Source of the DNA: Octopus vulgaris
Lineage: Eukaryota
NCBI GenBank assembly: GCA_951406725.2
Contig: OX597825.1
Span: forward strand, 77,438,001-77,502,000
Direction: 5' to 3'
Length of the DNA: 64,000 nucleotides
Shown here: positions 1-17,755 of the stretch, one piece after another
Layout of the letters: every line of letters starts with the position of its first letter
How positions within the stretch are numbered: position 1 is the stretch's first letter
Notes under the pieces: model-generated
The model's input: only the letters and a program-made list of their open reading frames with translations
Told to the model about the DNA's origin: nothing
The model's database searches: none
Program-made: the position numbers and the translations under genes

Positions 1-561
1 GTTTCATTTTATTTTGTTCTACACCTGTTTGTATGGTTTCAATGTAAACATGTAAACATCATCAATCATTTAGCTGTTGTTAGTTGATGCATTATTAATA
101 CCTAATTATTAAATGAGTTATTAAATTGAATGTGATGTGTAAGGTGTTTCATCAGGAGCAAATCTTTAGTTTAAGAACTGATTCAATCTATACATTATCA
201 CACACAACAACTTATGTATATACTCAGATAGACACATCTGAGTTTAATATAGAATCTCAGCATTTACCGCAACAAAGTTAATACCTCGCTAGTATTTCTA
301 CATTCCAATCCAAGTGATAATAGAACTATCAAACCCACAGACACAGCGCTTAGGTACCAAACTTTGTTAATACTGGTAACTCGTACCCTGATCAGATACA
401 ATATTTTAAGGCGGTCGGTATTTTAAATTACCTTTGATATTTAAAAACTAGAATATTGAACAGTCTGTTGCTCATGTTACCAAGTTCGGAAATCTCGAAA
501 TATTTTGGTAATAAGAAAAATAAACCTCGTTTTTGCAAAATTACATGAAATTCTGCTGCTC

Positions 562-565
<4 letters not shown>

Positions 566-618
<53 letters not shown>

Positions 619-787
619 TTGTGTGCGTGTGTGTGTATATATATATGTATATATATACACAAATATATACATATATATATATATACAAGTATTATGTGTG
701 CATATATGCATGCATGTATTTTGTATGTATATATGTATCCATGTAGCTGTGTATGTATGCACGCAATCGTCTATATATATATATATA
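566..787. repeat. (TA)n/(TG)n compound microsatellite
   Basis: Direct dinucleotide repeats; source of the YI-rich ORFs. Confidence 0.95.
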
Positions 788-1050
788 CAGTGTACATTTA
801 AACACAAAAGAGGTATCAAACATAGGATACCTGGCACTTTAGAAGGAATAGCCAAAATCCAAACCACTGTTAGTGCTAATTTTCGAAGGGAATGAAAAAT
901 AAAAACATTTACCATCTATTTCTGATGGTAAATGTTTTATTTTTCATTTCTTTCGAAATTTGCCCCGTCAGTGGTTTGGACTTTGGCTATTCCTTCTAGC
1001 GTACCAGGTATCCTATGATCGATACCTCTTTTGTGTTTAAATGTACACCG
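788..1050. mobile_element. Fold-back MITE (Tc1/mariner-like), 263 bp
   Basis: Whole element is an imperfect palindrome: CAGTGTACATTTAAACACAAAAGAGGTATC...GATACCTCTTTTGTGTTTAAATGTACACCG, 7-nt loop at 917-923, TA on both sides. Confidence 0.8.
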
Positions 1051-1156
1051 TATTTATATGAATAATTTATAGCCTATTGACTAATTTTTTACACGCTAGG
1101 CTACTGGTATTAAAAATTTCTAAAAGAAGCTGCGTATGCACACTTAACGTTATGTG

Positions 1157-1470
1157 AAGGAGCGTAGCTTAATGGTTAAGGTATTCGGCTCACGATTGTG
1201 AGTTCGATTCCTTGCAGTGCAATGTGTCTTTGAGCAATATATTTCATTTGCAGTTGCTTCAGTCCATTCACTTATCACAAATTAATTGTTCCTCTAATTC
1301 TGAAGGGCCAATCTTGTCACATTGTGTGTCACGCTGAATTTCCCTGATAACTATGCTAAGAGTACGCGTGACTGTAGTGTATTCATCCACTTGCACGTTA
1401 ATGTCACAAGCAGACTGTTCCTTTCGTAGAACCACCTGCGACACTCGATGTCGAAACCAATGAGAGCGAG
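1157..1470 (+). mobile_element. Decayed tRNA-derived SINE
   Basis: A-box-like TAGCTTAATGG and B-box GTTCGATTC followed by a non-tRNA body; related head at 21861 and related body fragment near 53598-53680. Confidence 0.65.
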
Positions 1471-1744
1471 ACACTCTTACGGATACCTTTCCTGCGCGTA
1501 CATTCCTTCAGGCAACACATATCTGGATTGGATTCGAATCTGGAAGCATTGATTTCTCTAATCGATTATTTATCCGTAGCTGCCTTGATATTAAAAAATA
1601 AAATCAAAGTTTACGGTATTAGATTAATATTAAATATTTTAATATATTCAGTGATTTTAACGAACATCTTTACAGAATTGCTATAAACAAACGTGGTAGA
1701 AATAGATATCAAAATTATTATTCAGATCATTCTCATAGTATATT

Positions 1745-1942
<198 letters not shown>

Positions 1943-2403
1943 CCTTGATACAATATCCTCGTAATACATATTTATAATTATTAATATTATTGATTATAAT
2001 ACATAAGCAAGCATATACGTATTGTCAGTGCTATTATAATATATAATTATAACTATTACCATAATATATTACAACATAAATATAGATATAAATACAGCTA
2101 GCATAAATGTTACTTATGGTATAAAAAAAGAGTAATATAATCGTTTCTACTACTAATACCACTACCATTACTAAAACCATTCTTCTTTAAAGTCATCTAA
2201 GATTCGTTTCATTTTTTATCCTCCAGGTGTCGGACATTAAGGTACCAGTCAAAAACTGGGATCAATATAATCGACTGTACCATTTTACTGCAAAATTTTT
2301 GATTTATACCTATGTTGGACATTCTCATTACGAATATTACTACTATTATTATTATTGAAATTACTTGTTGTTGTTATTATTTTGGTTGTTGTCATTATCA
2401 TAA

Positions 2404-5350
<2,947 letters not shown>

Positions 5351-6500
5351 CACATTACGCTAGTGCATGGTAATTTACTTAGCAGTTATTTAATCTTGAC
5401 ATTTGGTGACAGTAAGTCTCCTTAAATTCCAAGAATTTATATTAGAAATCTTGCAGTATATAGTTTGGTATTTTTTCTGCAGGTCAACAATGCGAGTTCT
5501 AATTCCACTTTCTTTCAGTCTTTTAAGCAGCATTTTGGCTGTTGTGCCAAGAGCATCAATCGTTGTCTTCGTTTTCCTGCCTCCTCTGGCTAAATCCTGA
5601 TATTTCTCAATGTTTTCAATGCCTTTGGTATCAACTCTGCTATTACTGTTTGTTTATTTTGTCCTCTATAATCAGGTCCGACTCACTTACTTCAATAATA
5701 TGGTCAGTTTTAGGGGGAAATCACACAAGATCTTTTAATTCTGGTTCATGTTCAATCCACTTTTCTGATAATTTGAAACCTCACACTCGGCCAACATCCC
5801 AATGCGCTCTTTTGCCTACACTGTCATGTCTGTTCTTATACTCCTTTTGTTCTGTTATACTGCTCTTACTCAAAAGGTGATTGGTATCTTTGGCTTCTTT
5901 CCTGCACATTCCTCTTTGCTGTTTGACGGAGTTTTGCCGATCTTTGCCTTTATCAGACTTGTTCTTAGTGCTTATTTGTGATCGACCATAATTAGTGTTT
6001 CTGTCTCTCGTTTTAAGTTCTTGTCCGTCAACCAAAGTCAGCGAGCATTTAGATCCAACATTTTCGGTTTCTTGCATGAATTGGTCATGTTGTTTCATTT
6101 CTTACCATTAGTTCGTTCTGTTGTTCTTCCATCCTGCACAGTATAATTTTTCAGATCTAGTATCGCAGTACCAATAGTGTCTTCCGCGTTTAGTAGTCCA
6201 CTACCACCTTCCTCTTTTGGCAGATATAGTCAGCCGGTGTTGCCTTTAGAGTGGAGTATTCTGTGAATTGTGAGCAGCTTTCTAGTTCATCTATCCAAGT
6301 TCTTTAACTCGACCTTTGTCCATTTCAGAAAGGGATCAGAGTGTCTCAATGTGAGCTGAGCCCGTGGAAATAATTTCGCTTTGAGCACCTTCCTAATTCT
6401 CTTCTTGTACGCTTTAGTGTCTTTTATAATTTCATTTCTCCTTCCATTACCTTATCGTCTTGCAACACACCTATTTATGCCCCTCGTTCTACCATAACCG
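5351..6500 (-). mobile_element. Decayed R4/Dong-clade non-LTR retrotransposon, 3' part (post-RT, zinc knuckle, RLE endonuclease, 3' UTR)
   Basis: Minus-strand translations WTKVELKNLDR*TRKLLTIHRILHSK..LYLPKEEGGSGL, RGMC..QKEYKNRHDSVGKRAHW and KYQDLA..IDALGT..DLQK match R4/Dong motifs; frameshifted with stops; 3' UTR runs into (TAA)n. Confidence 0.85.
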
Positions 6501-6502
6501 TA

Positions 6503-6745
6503 AGATCTTGCAGTATATAGTTCAGTAATTTTCTGCAGGCCGGCAATGCGAGTTTCAATCCGAATTTCTTTCAGTCTTTTAGGTAGCGATTTGTGTTTGG
6601 TGCCAAGTGCAGAAATGACTACAGGAATAATTGTTGCATTGGTCTTCCACAGTCTTCTTTCTCTAGCAAAACCCTCATAATTTTCAATGTTTTCAGTTTC
6701 TCTGGTATCGACTCTTTTGTCATAGGAATTGCTTTTGTCATAGGA
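6503..6745 (-). mobile_element. Second R4/Dong RLE C-terminal fragment, tandem with the first
   Basis: IPYDKRVDTRETENIENYEGFARERRLWKTNATIIPVVISALGT..LQKITELYTAR; homologous to about 5446-5640; abuts (ATT)n at 6746-6900. Confidence 0.8.
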
Positions 6746-6759
6746 ATTATTATTATTAC

Positions 6760-6900
<141 letters not shown>

Positions 6901-7461
6901 CAAGCTGTACGCTTGTGCAGAATGTATAGCAAGGTTACAAAGAAGATTCATATACACAAGGTATGGTATGTATCTAATAATCTATAATTAATTATATTGT
7001 TGATCTTTGTGTACAGTTTCTTTTATGTAACTATGGACGATGCATTGATGAACTGTTAACGATTTCATTTCGCAATCCCGACGACCAGGTTTGAGTCTCG
7101 AGGAATGACATCTTGGGCAAGTATATTTTACTATAGTCTCGAGTCGAATTAAGATTTGTGAGTGAAATTTGTGAACGGAAACTGTAAGGAATTCCCACGC
7201 GTAATTCAAGGAACCAATCCGGACAAGCCGGAAGTCAAGATAGTTCAGCTTAGGATTTGCTTTATTTTACACAGCAAACAGAAGAGAAAAAGCACTAAAG
7301 CAAGAAAAGAAACAACAACAAAGAAAGCCCCACGAAATGCAAAACTAATGGAGAATCCCTATATTGATAAAAGTCAGTCTTGCTCCTATTTCAATAACGC
7401 GGATGTGTACAGGATAGAGAAATTAAATCTTGCCTGAATCCATTGAAAACATAATAATGTT

Positions 7462-7881
7462 TTCAAATTTTGCCTCAAGGTTAGCAATTATAGGGGTGGT
7501 GAAAGTCGATCACAACGATCCTGGTGTTCAGCTGGTTCTTATGTTACGTATTTTCAAATGGTAGAATGTTAAGTTGACTTCGGTGGCATTTGAACCCCGA
7601 ACTTTAAGTGCCAGGTGAAAGACTGTTAACGCTTCTGCCAGCTCGCTGCCTTAATAATAATTATAATCCTTTCTACTATAGGTAGAAGGCCTGAAATTAT
7701 TGGGGAGGGAGATAATCAATTACATCGACTCCAGTACTAGACTGGTACTTATTTAATCGATCTCGCAAGGACGGAATGCAATGTCAACCACGGTGGGATT
7801 TTGAACTCAGAATATAAAGCCGAACGAAATGCACTAAGCATTTCATCCGGTGTGCAAAAGATCTTGCCAGCTCGCTGCCTT
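7462..7881 (-). mobile_element. Two family-A SINE copies
   Basis: Reverse-complement SINE bodies ending CTGCCAGCTCGCTGCCTT at about 7652 and 7881. Confidence 0.75.
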
Positions 7882-7904
7882 ATAACAATAACAATAATAA
7901 TAAT

Positions 7905-7952
<48 letters not shown>

Positions 7953-8016
7953 TCTTATTATTATTATCATCATCATCATTGTCACTAGTATTATTATTAT
8001 CATTATTATGATTATT

Positions 8017-8083
<67 letters not shown>

Positions 8084-8846
8084 TTTTCAAATTTGGCGCA
8101 AGGCCAGCAGCCTTAGGGGAAGTATAATACAATACTTCATCCTCAGTAGTACTTTATATTAGCAACCCGGAAAGGTTGAAATGTAAAGTTACTTTCAGTG
8201 GAATTTGAATTGAGAACGTAAAAATGCGGAAAAAGAACGTGACGTACGTTTTTCATTCTCACTGTTTTAACGATTCCGTCGATATATTATCGGTTGGTGT
8301 TCCTTATTTAGATATACATCCAGTGATTTGAGCGCAGAGGAAGGATAAATCGATACCGTCGACGTCCACCTTGTAATATCTCCTCGTTGGAACGAAAAGC
8401 AAAATTGATCTCAGCTGATTTTGAACTCACAATGCATTTGTTTGGACATATGAGGATTTCTGTCAATCCGACATAATCACAATATCAGACTCCTTAGGTT
8501 AGAGGAGCTGTGAATTATGTCAACCTTAGAAGATCACTGGTACTTTACCGATTCCGAAACGAAGGGCTAATTTGTACTCGATACTATTTGAAATAAGAAC
8601 CCAAATTCAAAAATATTAATATTGTATAATTATTCCTACCGTTGTCTTGACTAAAAAGAAAAAAAACCTCAGGCCACCTAGCTGTAGTTATCTACCCTCA
8701 AACAGCTCCAACTGTCTACTTTTATTGGAGGGGGAACTTAAGTAATAACGTGAATGTACGTTGGTCTTGATTGCAGTGTTAAACGCAATGAAATATAAAA
8801 CAACACAATTCTTATATTGAGCTTCTGTTATGTTCGAATTACGCTG

Positions 8847-9260
<414 letters not shown>

Positions 9261-9329
9261 TATATATATATATGTGTGTATGTATATATATATGTATATA
9301 TGTATATATTTATATATTCATATATACAT

Positions 9330-9659
9330 GCATACATACATACATACATACGTACGTACATACATACATACATACATACATACATACATACATACATACT
9401 TACATACATACATACATACACACATATACATACATACATACATACATACATACATACATACATACATACATACATACATACATACATACTTACATACATA
9501 CATACATACATACTTACATACATACATACATACACACCTCCATACATACATACATACATACATACATACTTACATACATACATACATACACATATACATA
9601 TACATACATACATACATACATACATACATACATACATACATACATACATACATACATAC

Positions 9660-9690
<31 letters not shown>

Positions 9691-9756
9691 CATACATACA
9701 TACATACATACATACATACATACATACATACATACTTACATACATACATACATACA
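9330..9756. repeat. (TACA)n tetranucleotide array with TACT interruptions
   Basis: Direct repeat. Confidence 0.95.
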
Positions 9757-10438
9757 TATGTTTTAACATACATATATTTACGGTAATGAAGGGAAATGCT
9801 GTATAGCAAGGATTAACATCAAAACAATAGGAAAATATGACGCGGATTCAATTTTTGAATCAAGCTAATTTCTTTTTCTTTCACCAAATTCAATCATATC
9901 TCATTAAATGCTATCTGGCCACTCATATATATCTCGAGCTCCCATACACTTTAAGCTAATAAGCCTTGACGTGCCTCATTGATATAAAAACCAGTTTCGG
10001 ATGGTATTGATCTCCCAGTGCATATGGCACTGACTAGTAGAATGAGTAAAACATTCGGAATCGGTACAGAACAGTGTAAAATATCTTGCAGCTTTTACGC
10101 CTGCACTCTTAGATTTTGAGTTCAAATTCCATGGGATTTTCTCTTTGATTTTTCTTTTTATTCGTCTTTATTTCGATTGTACCCTACGGGGAAAACTTAT
10201 GCAGTTGCTATGAATATGGAAAGCAAAAATCACGCTATGAAAAAAAACTAAAAGATGCAGACATCTTTGTATTCTAAAATGGACAGATTTTCATTTAGTT
10301 ACACATGTGTATTGGTAATACCATTCCAGTTAGAACGCACATCAAAACGTCAAGTTTCTTTTATTCATCTACGCTCTGGGTTTCACTTTGCTTTTTATGT
10401 GAAACAAATATGTAAATGTATGGAAGAGCATGGGTTTT

Positions 10439-10469
<31 letters not shown>

Positions 10470-10554
10470 GTTTATATATATGTATATATGCACATATATA
10501 TATATTTATATATGCACATATATATGTATTTATATATACATATATATGTATATG

Positions 10555-10591
<37 letters not shown>

Positions 10592-11562
10592 ATATGTATA
10601 TATATATGTATATATAGACACACATTGGGAATTATATGTATGTAGATGCATATTTATATATGAATGCATATATGTATACATGTAATATATATATATATAT
10701 ATATACATGTATATATATATATATATATATGTAACCATATATATATATACGTTCATATATATGTATATATATATATATATATACATATATATATACTCAC
10801 ACATTTGGAAATATATGTATGTAGATACATATGAATATATATATATATATATGAATATATGTAATATACATAAATAAATACATATATATATATATACATA
10901 TATATGTGTATATATGTCTCTGTGTGTATATATATATATGTATTTATATAAGAAATGTTTATGTATAATCAAATATACCAACTATACGAAAATAAATAAA
11001 TTCTATTATTATAATGACATTCAAATCTTCATGAACTTGCCAAAGCTTGCTTAAGTTAGTCTCATAGATGGAAAAAAATCATGAAAAAAAAGAAGTAAAA
11101 AATCTATCTACAAAAACAGCTACAATAACAATAATAATAAATATTACTGTTTTTTTTTTTCTTTAAAGTTATTAATCTCTCAATGGTAATTTTCTAGAGT
11201 TTTCTACCTATGTATACAATCCTGGTATTACTTCAGTATCTGCGATAATGCTAGCATGGTATGTCAATTGGTAAGTGTCACGTGTCTGCAGACGAGTCAC
11301 GGCACTTATGGACGTCGTACAGGTTTAATTAAATAAAAAGGAAAAAAATGGAATATTATTAACTTGATTCGTATCCCCTTATATTATGTCTTCTTGTAAA
11401 TGTGTTCCTATGTTATTCTGTGTACGTGTTAAGTATCTGTGTATGTGAATGCGTAGAAAGTGCTTGGAGATCACCTATTAATTCGAATTGACTGTATAAT
11501 AATGCTCACATTTCTAGATTTCTATATGTATTACATATGTATATAAACGTATATGTATATAT

Positions 11563-11674
<112 letters not shown>

Positions 11675-11979
11675 CACAGGGCACCAGAGTACCACCATAG
11701 TTATTGTGTGTAAAAATATTCTCTCATTACTTCACAACCCAGAAAGACAATATATATATGTGTGTGTGAGTAAAAGTGTATTTGTGTGTGTCATTATTCT
11801 CCAACACTGCTTGGAAACCGGTGTTGGTGCGTTTACGTCCCAGTAATATAGTGGTTCAACCAAAGTGTCCGATTGAATGAGTATCAAGTTTGAAAAAGTA
11901 GTGGAGTCGATTCGTTCTATTAAAAACTCTTCAAGTGACTGAAACAATTAATAGGTAACAGCTAAAAAAGGTAAATATA

Positions 11980-12042
<63 letters not shown>

Positions 12043-12301
12043 TATATATATATATGTGTGTATAAAATATATATAACTAAGATACCAAATTTGTAAATAA
12101 TAATTATATATATATATAACATATATATACAAACATATGTACATAAACACACTAACACCGGTTGTCAAGCAGTGATGGGGAAAAGACATAAACACTAGGC
12201 ACACACAGATGCACATACACACAGAGAAACACACGCATATAAGTACGTGTGTGTATATGTATATACATATGTGTGTGTATGTATCAACGTATGTATATAT
12301 G

Positions 12302-12363
<62 letters not shown>

Positions 12364-12478
12364 TCATCCTGACCGTGTTGTTAATAAGACACCAGGCACA
12401 CTTTTGGGATCAATGTCAATATGAACAATAGTCAGATATGAAACTTTTGGAACAATACACATCGTGTACGAGTTTGTA

Positions 12479-12509
<31 letters not shown>

Positions 12510-13294
12510 TCCTTTATGTAATGTGAATGTGTGTGTGTGTGTGTGTGTGTGCAAGGGAATGCATAAGGTATTGTTACATTTTTACTGAAGAACACGGGAA
12601 CACAAACGGAGGACAAACTTATTTTTGATATCTCCATAAAAACGAGTGAGTGAAAGCCAACTGCATAACACTTGAAATAATTTGGAGAAGTATGCCACCA
12701 CCACCATCACCACGATCATCACCACCGGGATCATTGTTAGCAACAACAGTAGCAGCAACCTCAGCAGCAAAAACGGTTTCCGCAGCAGCAGCAGCAGCAT
12801 CAGAAATAACAATTCCAGTACTGTAGCCGACATCGATATCATCGATTAGTCGTCGTAGTTGTCGTCATTAAATCAAAAATAATGATAATAATAATAACAA
12901 TAATAATAATAATAATAATAATAATATTAATAATAATAATAATAATAATAATAGTAATAGTGTCTCCTAGGGCCTACGGTGTCTATAGGCACAGAAATTT
13001 CCTGCTGCCGACCAGGAAAACAAAGTAATATATACCTATACAGACACGCACACATACACACACCAACGCACCCCCACAAATTCCCACACGCAAACACACT
13101 CTCAGACACACACATACACATATATATATATATCTATATGTATATACTTTATCAAATTTTACAGTATTATACATCCATTTTGCACTCGACATTAGATAAT
13201 CGGATATTAGTTTATAGCACGGTTAAGCAGCACCATATGCTCTTCCGAGATAACTGGTCTTAAAAGGCTGAACATATATATTCATATATGTATG

Positions 13295-13336
<42 letters not shown>

Positions 13337-13667
13337 AAAATGTGAGTGTATATTTATATATATATTTATTTATATCGAGGTTATGAGAGGTATTCGTGCC
13401 AAGAAGACCCAAAGGCGTTAGGTAATGCTGAGTAAATTATATGGAGGTTGTATCCAAGTATGGATACAACTGCCAATATCTAATATATATATATATATAT
13501 ATATACATAATACATACATACACATACATACATACATACATACATAGATACATACACATATATTTATTTATATATAAACACACATACATACATATAAATG
13601 TATATAAATTTAAAAGTGATTGTATATTAATGGACGATTTTAACAACTACTTGTACAATAAGTTTTA

Positions 13668-13709
<42 letters not shown>

Positions 13710-14904
13710 CATCATCATTATCATTATTATCATTATTGTCACGTTCTTTATCGTTGAGTATATTTTTGTTGTTATCTGTAACTTTATATTTCCAACTATA
13801 TATTATGCAGGTATGTGAGTGATGTATATTGAATCAAACCGTTTTATTCTTTATTCCATCAATGCATTGTTTTCTAGCATCTGATGTCTCAATATGAAAA
13901 AAAAAAGAAAAAAAGAAAGTAAAACCTTTCTGCAATTTTTACATGGCAGTTGTATTTGTTTACCATGAAATGTGTGGAATTTCATTCATTTGCAGCATGG
14001 ACAAAGACAGCATCACCGCCATTCCAAAGTATAAATACGCTAATGCACACACATATGCACAAACACAGATACATACACGTACACACAGAAATACACATGT
14101 TGATATTATGAGAATTTGGAAGGTTCGGACAACCGTGAATCAATTTTGGGGAATGGTGATAAAAACTTTTAAATATTGTGTTAATAATATGTTTTGGATT
14201 GAGAAAAGTCGACGGCTACCCTTAGGATCCGAAAAGTTGAAGGCTACTCGTAGGATTCGAAACAACATCACTTGTAGACATGATAGGCTAGAACGTCATT
14301 GGACGAAAGAAATCCTTCAAGTTTATCCTTTTCCAAAACTCTATTCTTACCAATGAAAATTGTATGTTGTTGTCATCATAAGAACTTAGAAACCTCGAGT
14401 ACATGAAATATTTTTTGTATTTATTGTTTTGGAACGACGAATCTCACAGCAAATTAAGCTACAAATAGTAACCTATAAATATTGTATTTAAAAAAAACAC
14501 TATTTCGATAAAAAGAAAATTGAAAACCGTATTTTCACTGCCTCATATATTTGAAATATAACAGTGTTTCTCTACTAAAGCTTTTACTAGTTTGCGGTTA
14601 CAACGATCGTAATGCTGGTAACTTTAACAATGAATGGTATAACAGAAGAAGTAAAGAAAGCCGGGACATTACAAGAGGACAGAATAAAATTTTTATTCTA
14701 AAGATTTTGAATAATTTTGAATACATTTAATCCTCCTCTTTCTTAAGGTTTCATATTTTATACACAAATCTGCGTGACTATTCAGCAAATGAATATGTAT
14801 AAAATGTAAAACACGCTGACACACATGAACAGGTATATGCACGCGTATAAGCATAGAAATACATAGAAACCCATAGGCAATAGACTGTTAGTTAATCTAA
14901 GTGA

Positions 14905-15095
14905 CTTGGTCAATCATCAGTAACAATGTAGCGGCTGCTGCGAATGCATACGGATGGCTCTGGCTGAAAAAGATGTAATGAAGCGGGTCAGTGGAAGGCA
15001 GCTCGATCGTGTCATTTGAATGAGTGGATCTGTCGCGTGAGACCCGAAACAATCAGGGACTCTAGAGTATCATACTGAAGATGCGTACAGGCGTT
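14905..15095 (+). mobile_element. 3' end of a HERO-like RLE non-LTR retrotransposon
   Basis: ISNNVAAAANAYGWLWLKK resembles the HERO C-terminal AAE.AS.WLW.KR; downstream GACCCGAAAC...ACTGAAGATG resembles HERO 3' UTR motifs as I recall them. Confidence 0.5.
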
Positions 15096-15133
15096 GAATC
15101 TGTATTTTGAACTCAATACATCTGTCTCTTCAA

Positions 15134-15192
<59 letters not shown>

Positions 15193-15212
15193 CATACATA
15201 CAGACACGTATC

Positions 15213-15249
<37 letters not shown>

Positions 15250-16095
15250 GTATGTATACAGTTTTGTCTACTTCGAGATCCACCGTACCAAAATCGATTT
15301 ATATATATATATATATATATATGGATACATGAGTGTATGTATATATATATATATATACATACATACAGACATACATACATACACACATACAGACATGTAT
15401 GTATGTAGGTAGGTAGGTATAAACCTCCATGCAACTCGCACAACAAATAGGTCGGGATATTTTCAGTATAGGCAAGTAACAAGAGGGAATGGTTATTTTG
15501 CACAGGACTCTAAGTAAATATCTGTGTGGTTGAAATCTATCATTTTTTTTACGGCAACACCGTACAGAGCTGTACACCACTTTGGTCGGTTCCAGTTGTT
15601 TCTATGCGGATGTGTTGCTAAACCATTCCTTCATCATTTCTCCATTCTGAAGACTAAGACACTATGATCGGCCTACGACGATCTTTCTCATGAAAATAAG
15701 TGCGCGCGAGAGAGAAAGAGGTAGAAGAAAAAAGTAGAGGGTGGAGGAGGAGGAGAAAAAGAAGAATAGCAACAACAAAATTAATTCTTAAATATAATCA
15801 ATTAAATTTTTTCGTATGGTTACTAAAATGAAAATGCAAAATTATGTTTTGTTAGTAAACTCAGGTAACAAAAGAAACATATCTAAGATTGTCTCCCGTT
15901 ATGATATAATTAAATAACAGCCATAACTAATATTGTTTGTCTCCTTTCCTTAATAGCATAATTATTTCTAATGAACTTGTAAATGTTGTTAACATTACAT
16001 TTCTTAACTCTGCCATAAATGAAATAGCATTCGACATCATAACGACTGTGTCAAAAGGAAACCAACGAATGTTTACTTCTCTCTACTATATATAA

Positions 16096-16523
16096 TCTTT
16101 TCTACTCTTGGCACAATGCCAACATTTTGGGGGGAGGGAGCCAGTCGATTAGATCAACCCCATTATGCAACTGGTACTTATTTAATCAATCTCGAAAGGA
16201 TGAATGGCAAAGTCGACCTCGGCGGAATTTGAACTCAGAACGTAACGACGGGCGAAATACCCATAAGCACTTCGTCCAGCACGCTAACGTTTCTTATTTC
16301 TTTACTGCCCACAAGGGGCTACACACAGAGGGGACAAACAAAGACAGATAAACGGATTAAGTCGATCATATCGACCCCAGTGCGTAACTGGTACTTAATT
16401 TATCGACCCCGAAAGGATGAAAGGCAAAGTTGATCTCGGCGGAATTTGAACTCAGAACGTAGTGGCAGACGAAATATTTATTTCTTTACTACCCACAAGG
16501 GGTTGTACACAGAGAGAACAAAC
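16096..16523 (-). mobile_element. SINE composite: family-A copy plus variant-B copies (junctions 16295, 16479)
   Basis: Shared body with two alternative tails (A: ...GGCCTTGTGCCTAGAGTAGAAAAG; B: ...AGCCCCTTGTGGGTAGTAAAGAAATA). Confidence 0.85.
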
Positions 16524-16714
16524 AAATTTCGCTAATTATGGTAATTAACCACCCGAAAATAGAATCAGTGTTTTCTGTTTCTGCAATATATCTCAGTATC
16601 TCCTGTTGGTACGGTTTTCATATCGAATGCTCAAAGCATTACAATGTCAAGTATGATCTGTAAAGACTTATTTGACGAAATACGTGAAAAAATTAGGAAA
16701 AGCCGATAACTTAA

Positions 16715-16862
16715 CCTTATAAAAACGAGTCACGGCAGTCGTCACTACTTTTTGCAACATAGGAGATATTTCTTTCTTGAAAGCCGTTGAGGTAAAACTG
16801 ATTTCTGCAGTTAGCATTAATAAGAATTTGAGGATGTCTATCCACTTTACGCGTTTAAAAGG
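16715..16862. mobile_element. Possible piggyBac-like MITE remnant
   Basis: TTAA-CCTTATAAAAACG ... CGTTTAAAAGG-TTAA: imperfect short TIRs with TTAA flanks. Confidence 0.3.
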
Positions 16863-17065
16863 TTAATATACTCTCTAGCTATCTGTTTCAAAATGGCGGC
16901 GATTTTTCCTTTGTTTCATTTTTACATTTTCTTCTTTGGTATGACTAAATATCTTGTGATTAATATATGATTGTACTGAACACAGTAAAACTGGATACAT
17001 CAAGGAATATAAATACATGCGTGCACATACACACGCACACTCACACGCACACACACACTCACATG

Positions 17066-17104
<39 letters not shown>

Positions 17105-17566
17105 TTCGTTTTTGTGTCTGGTTTACAAGATTCTTTATGTGAATTCGTGTATATATGTATATGTATGTCTGAAAAATGTATGTATGTGTATATATGTGAA
17201 TCTGAGATGTTGAGATGATAGAAATCAATTAATTTCTTTTAAACTATACCATGCATTGCTTTAAAACAAATTTCAAAAAGAAATTAAATTTTCAAGTTCG
17301 CACGCACAAACCAACCCTGACTGGAAAATCTATTAAAAACTGCTATTTGCCTGCCGTCAAGTCTCCACTGACTAATCGTATCAGTGACAACATTCAACAA
17401 TCTTATCTTTTTATTAGTCAGTAAATTTCCCTGAAAACCATACATTATTTAAGTTATTAAAGAAAGGACATATTAGTTAATATTGCTTTTACATCAAACC
17501 TAAAACCCAACTAGTACAGAATTCTAGCTATTTATACCTCAGGGTTAACCTGCTCCCAAAAAGTAG

Positions 17567-17649
<83 letters not shown>

Positions 17650-17719
17650 ATATAGATAGATAGATAGACAGACAGACGACAGACGACAGACAGACAGGCA
17701 GACAGACAGACAGACAAAC

Positions 17720-17755
<36 letters not shown>

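Noticed and set aside
12691-12830. Short Pro/Ala-rich frame (MPPPPSPRSS...AAAAAA)
   Set aside because: Derived from CAC/CAG trinucleotide low complexity; short, with no supporting exons.
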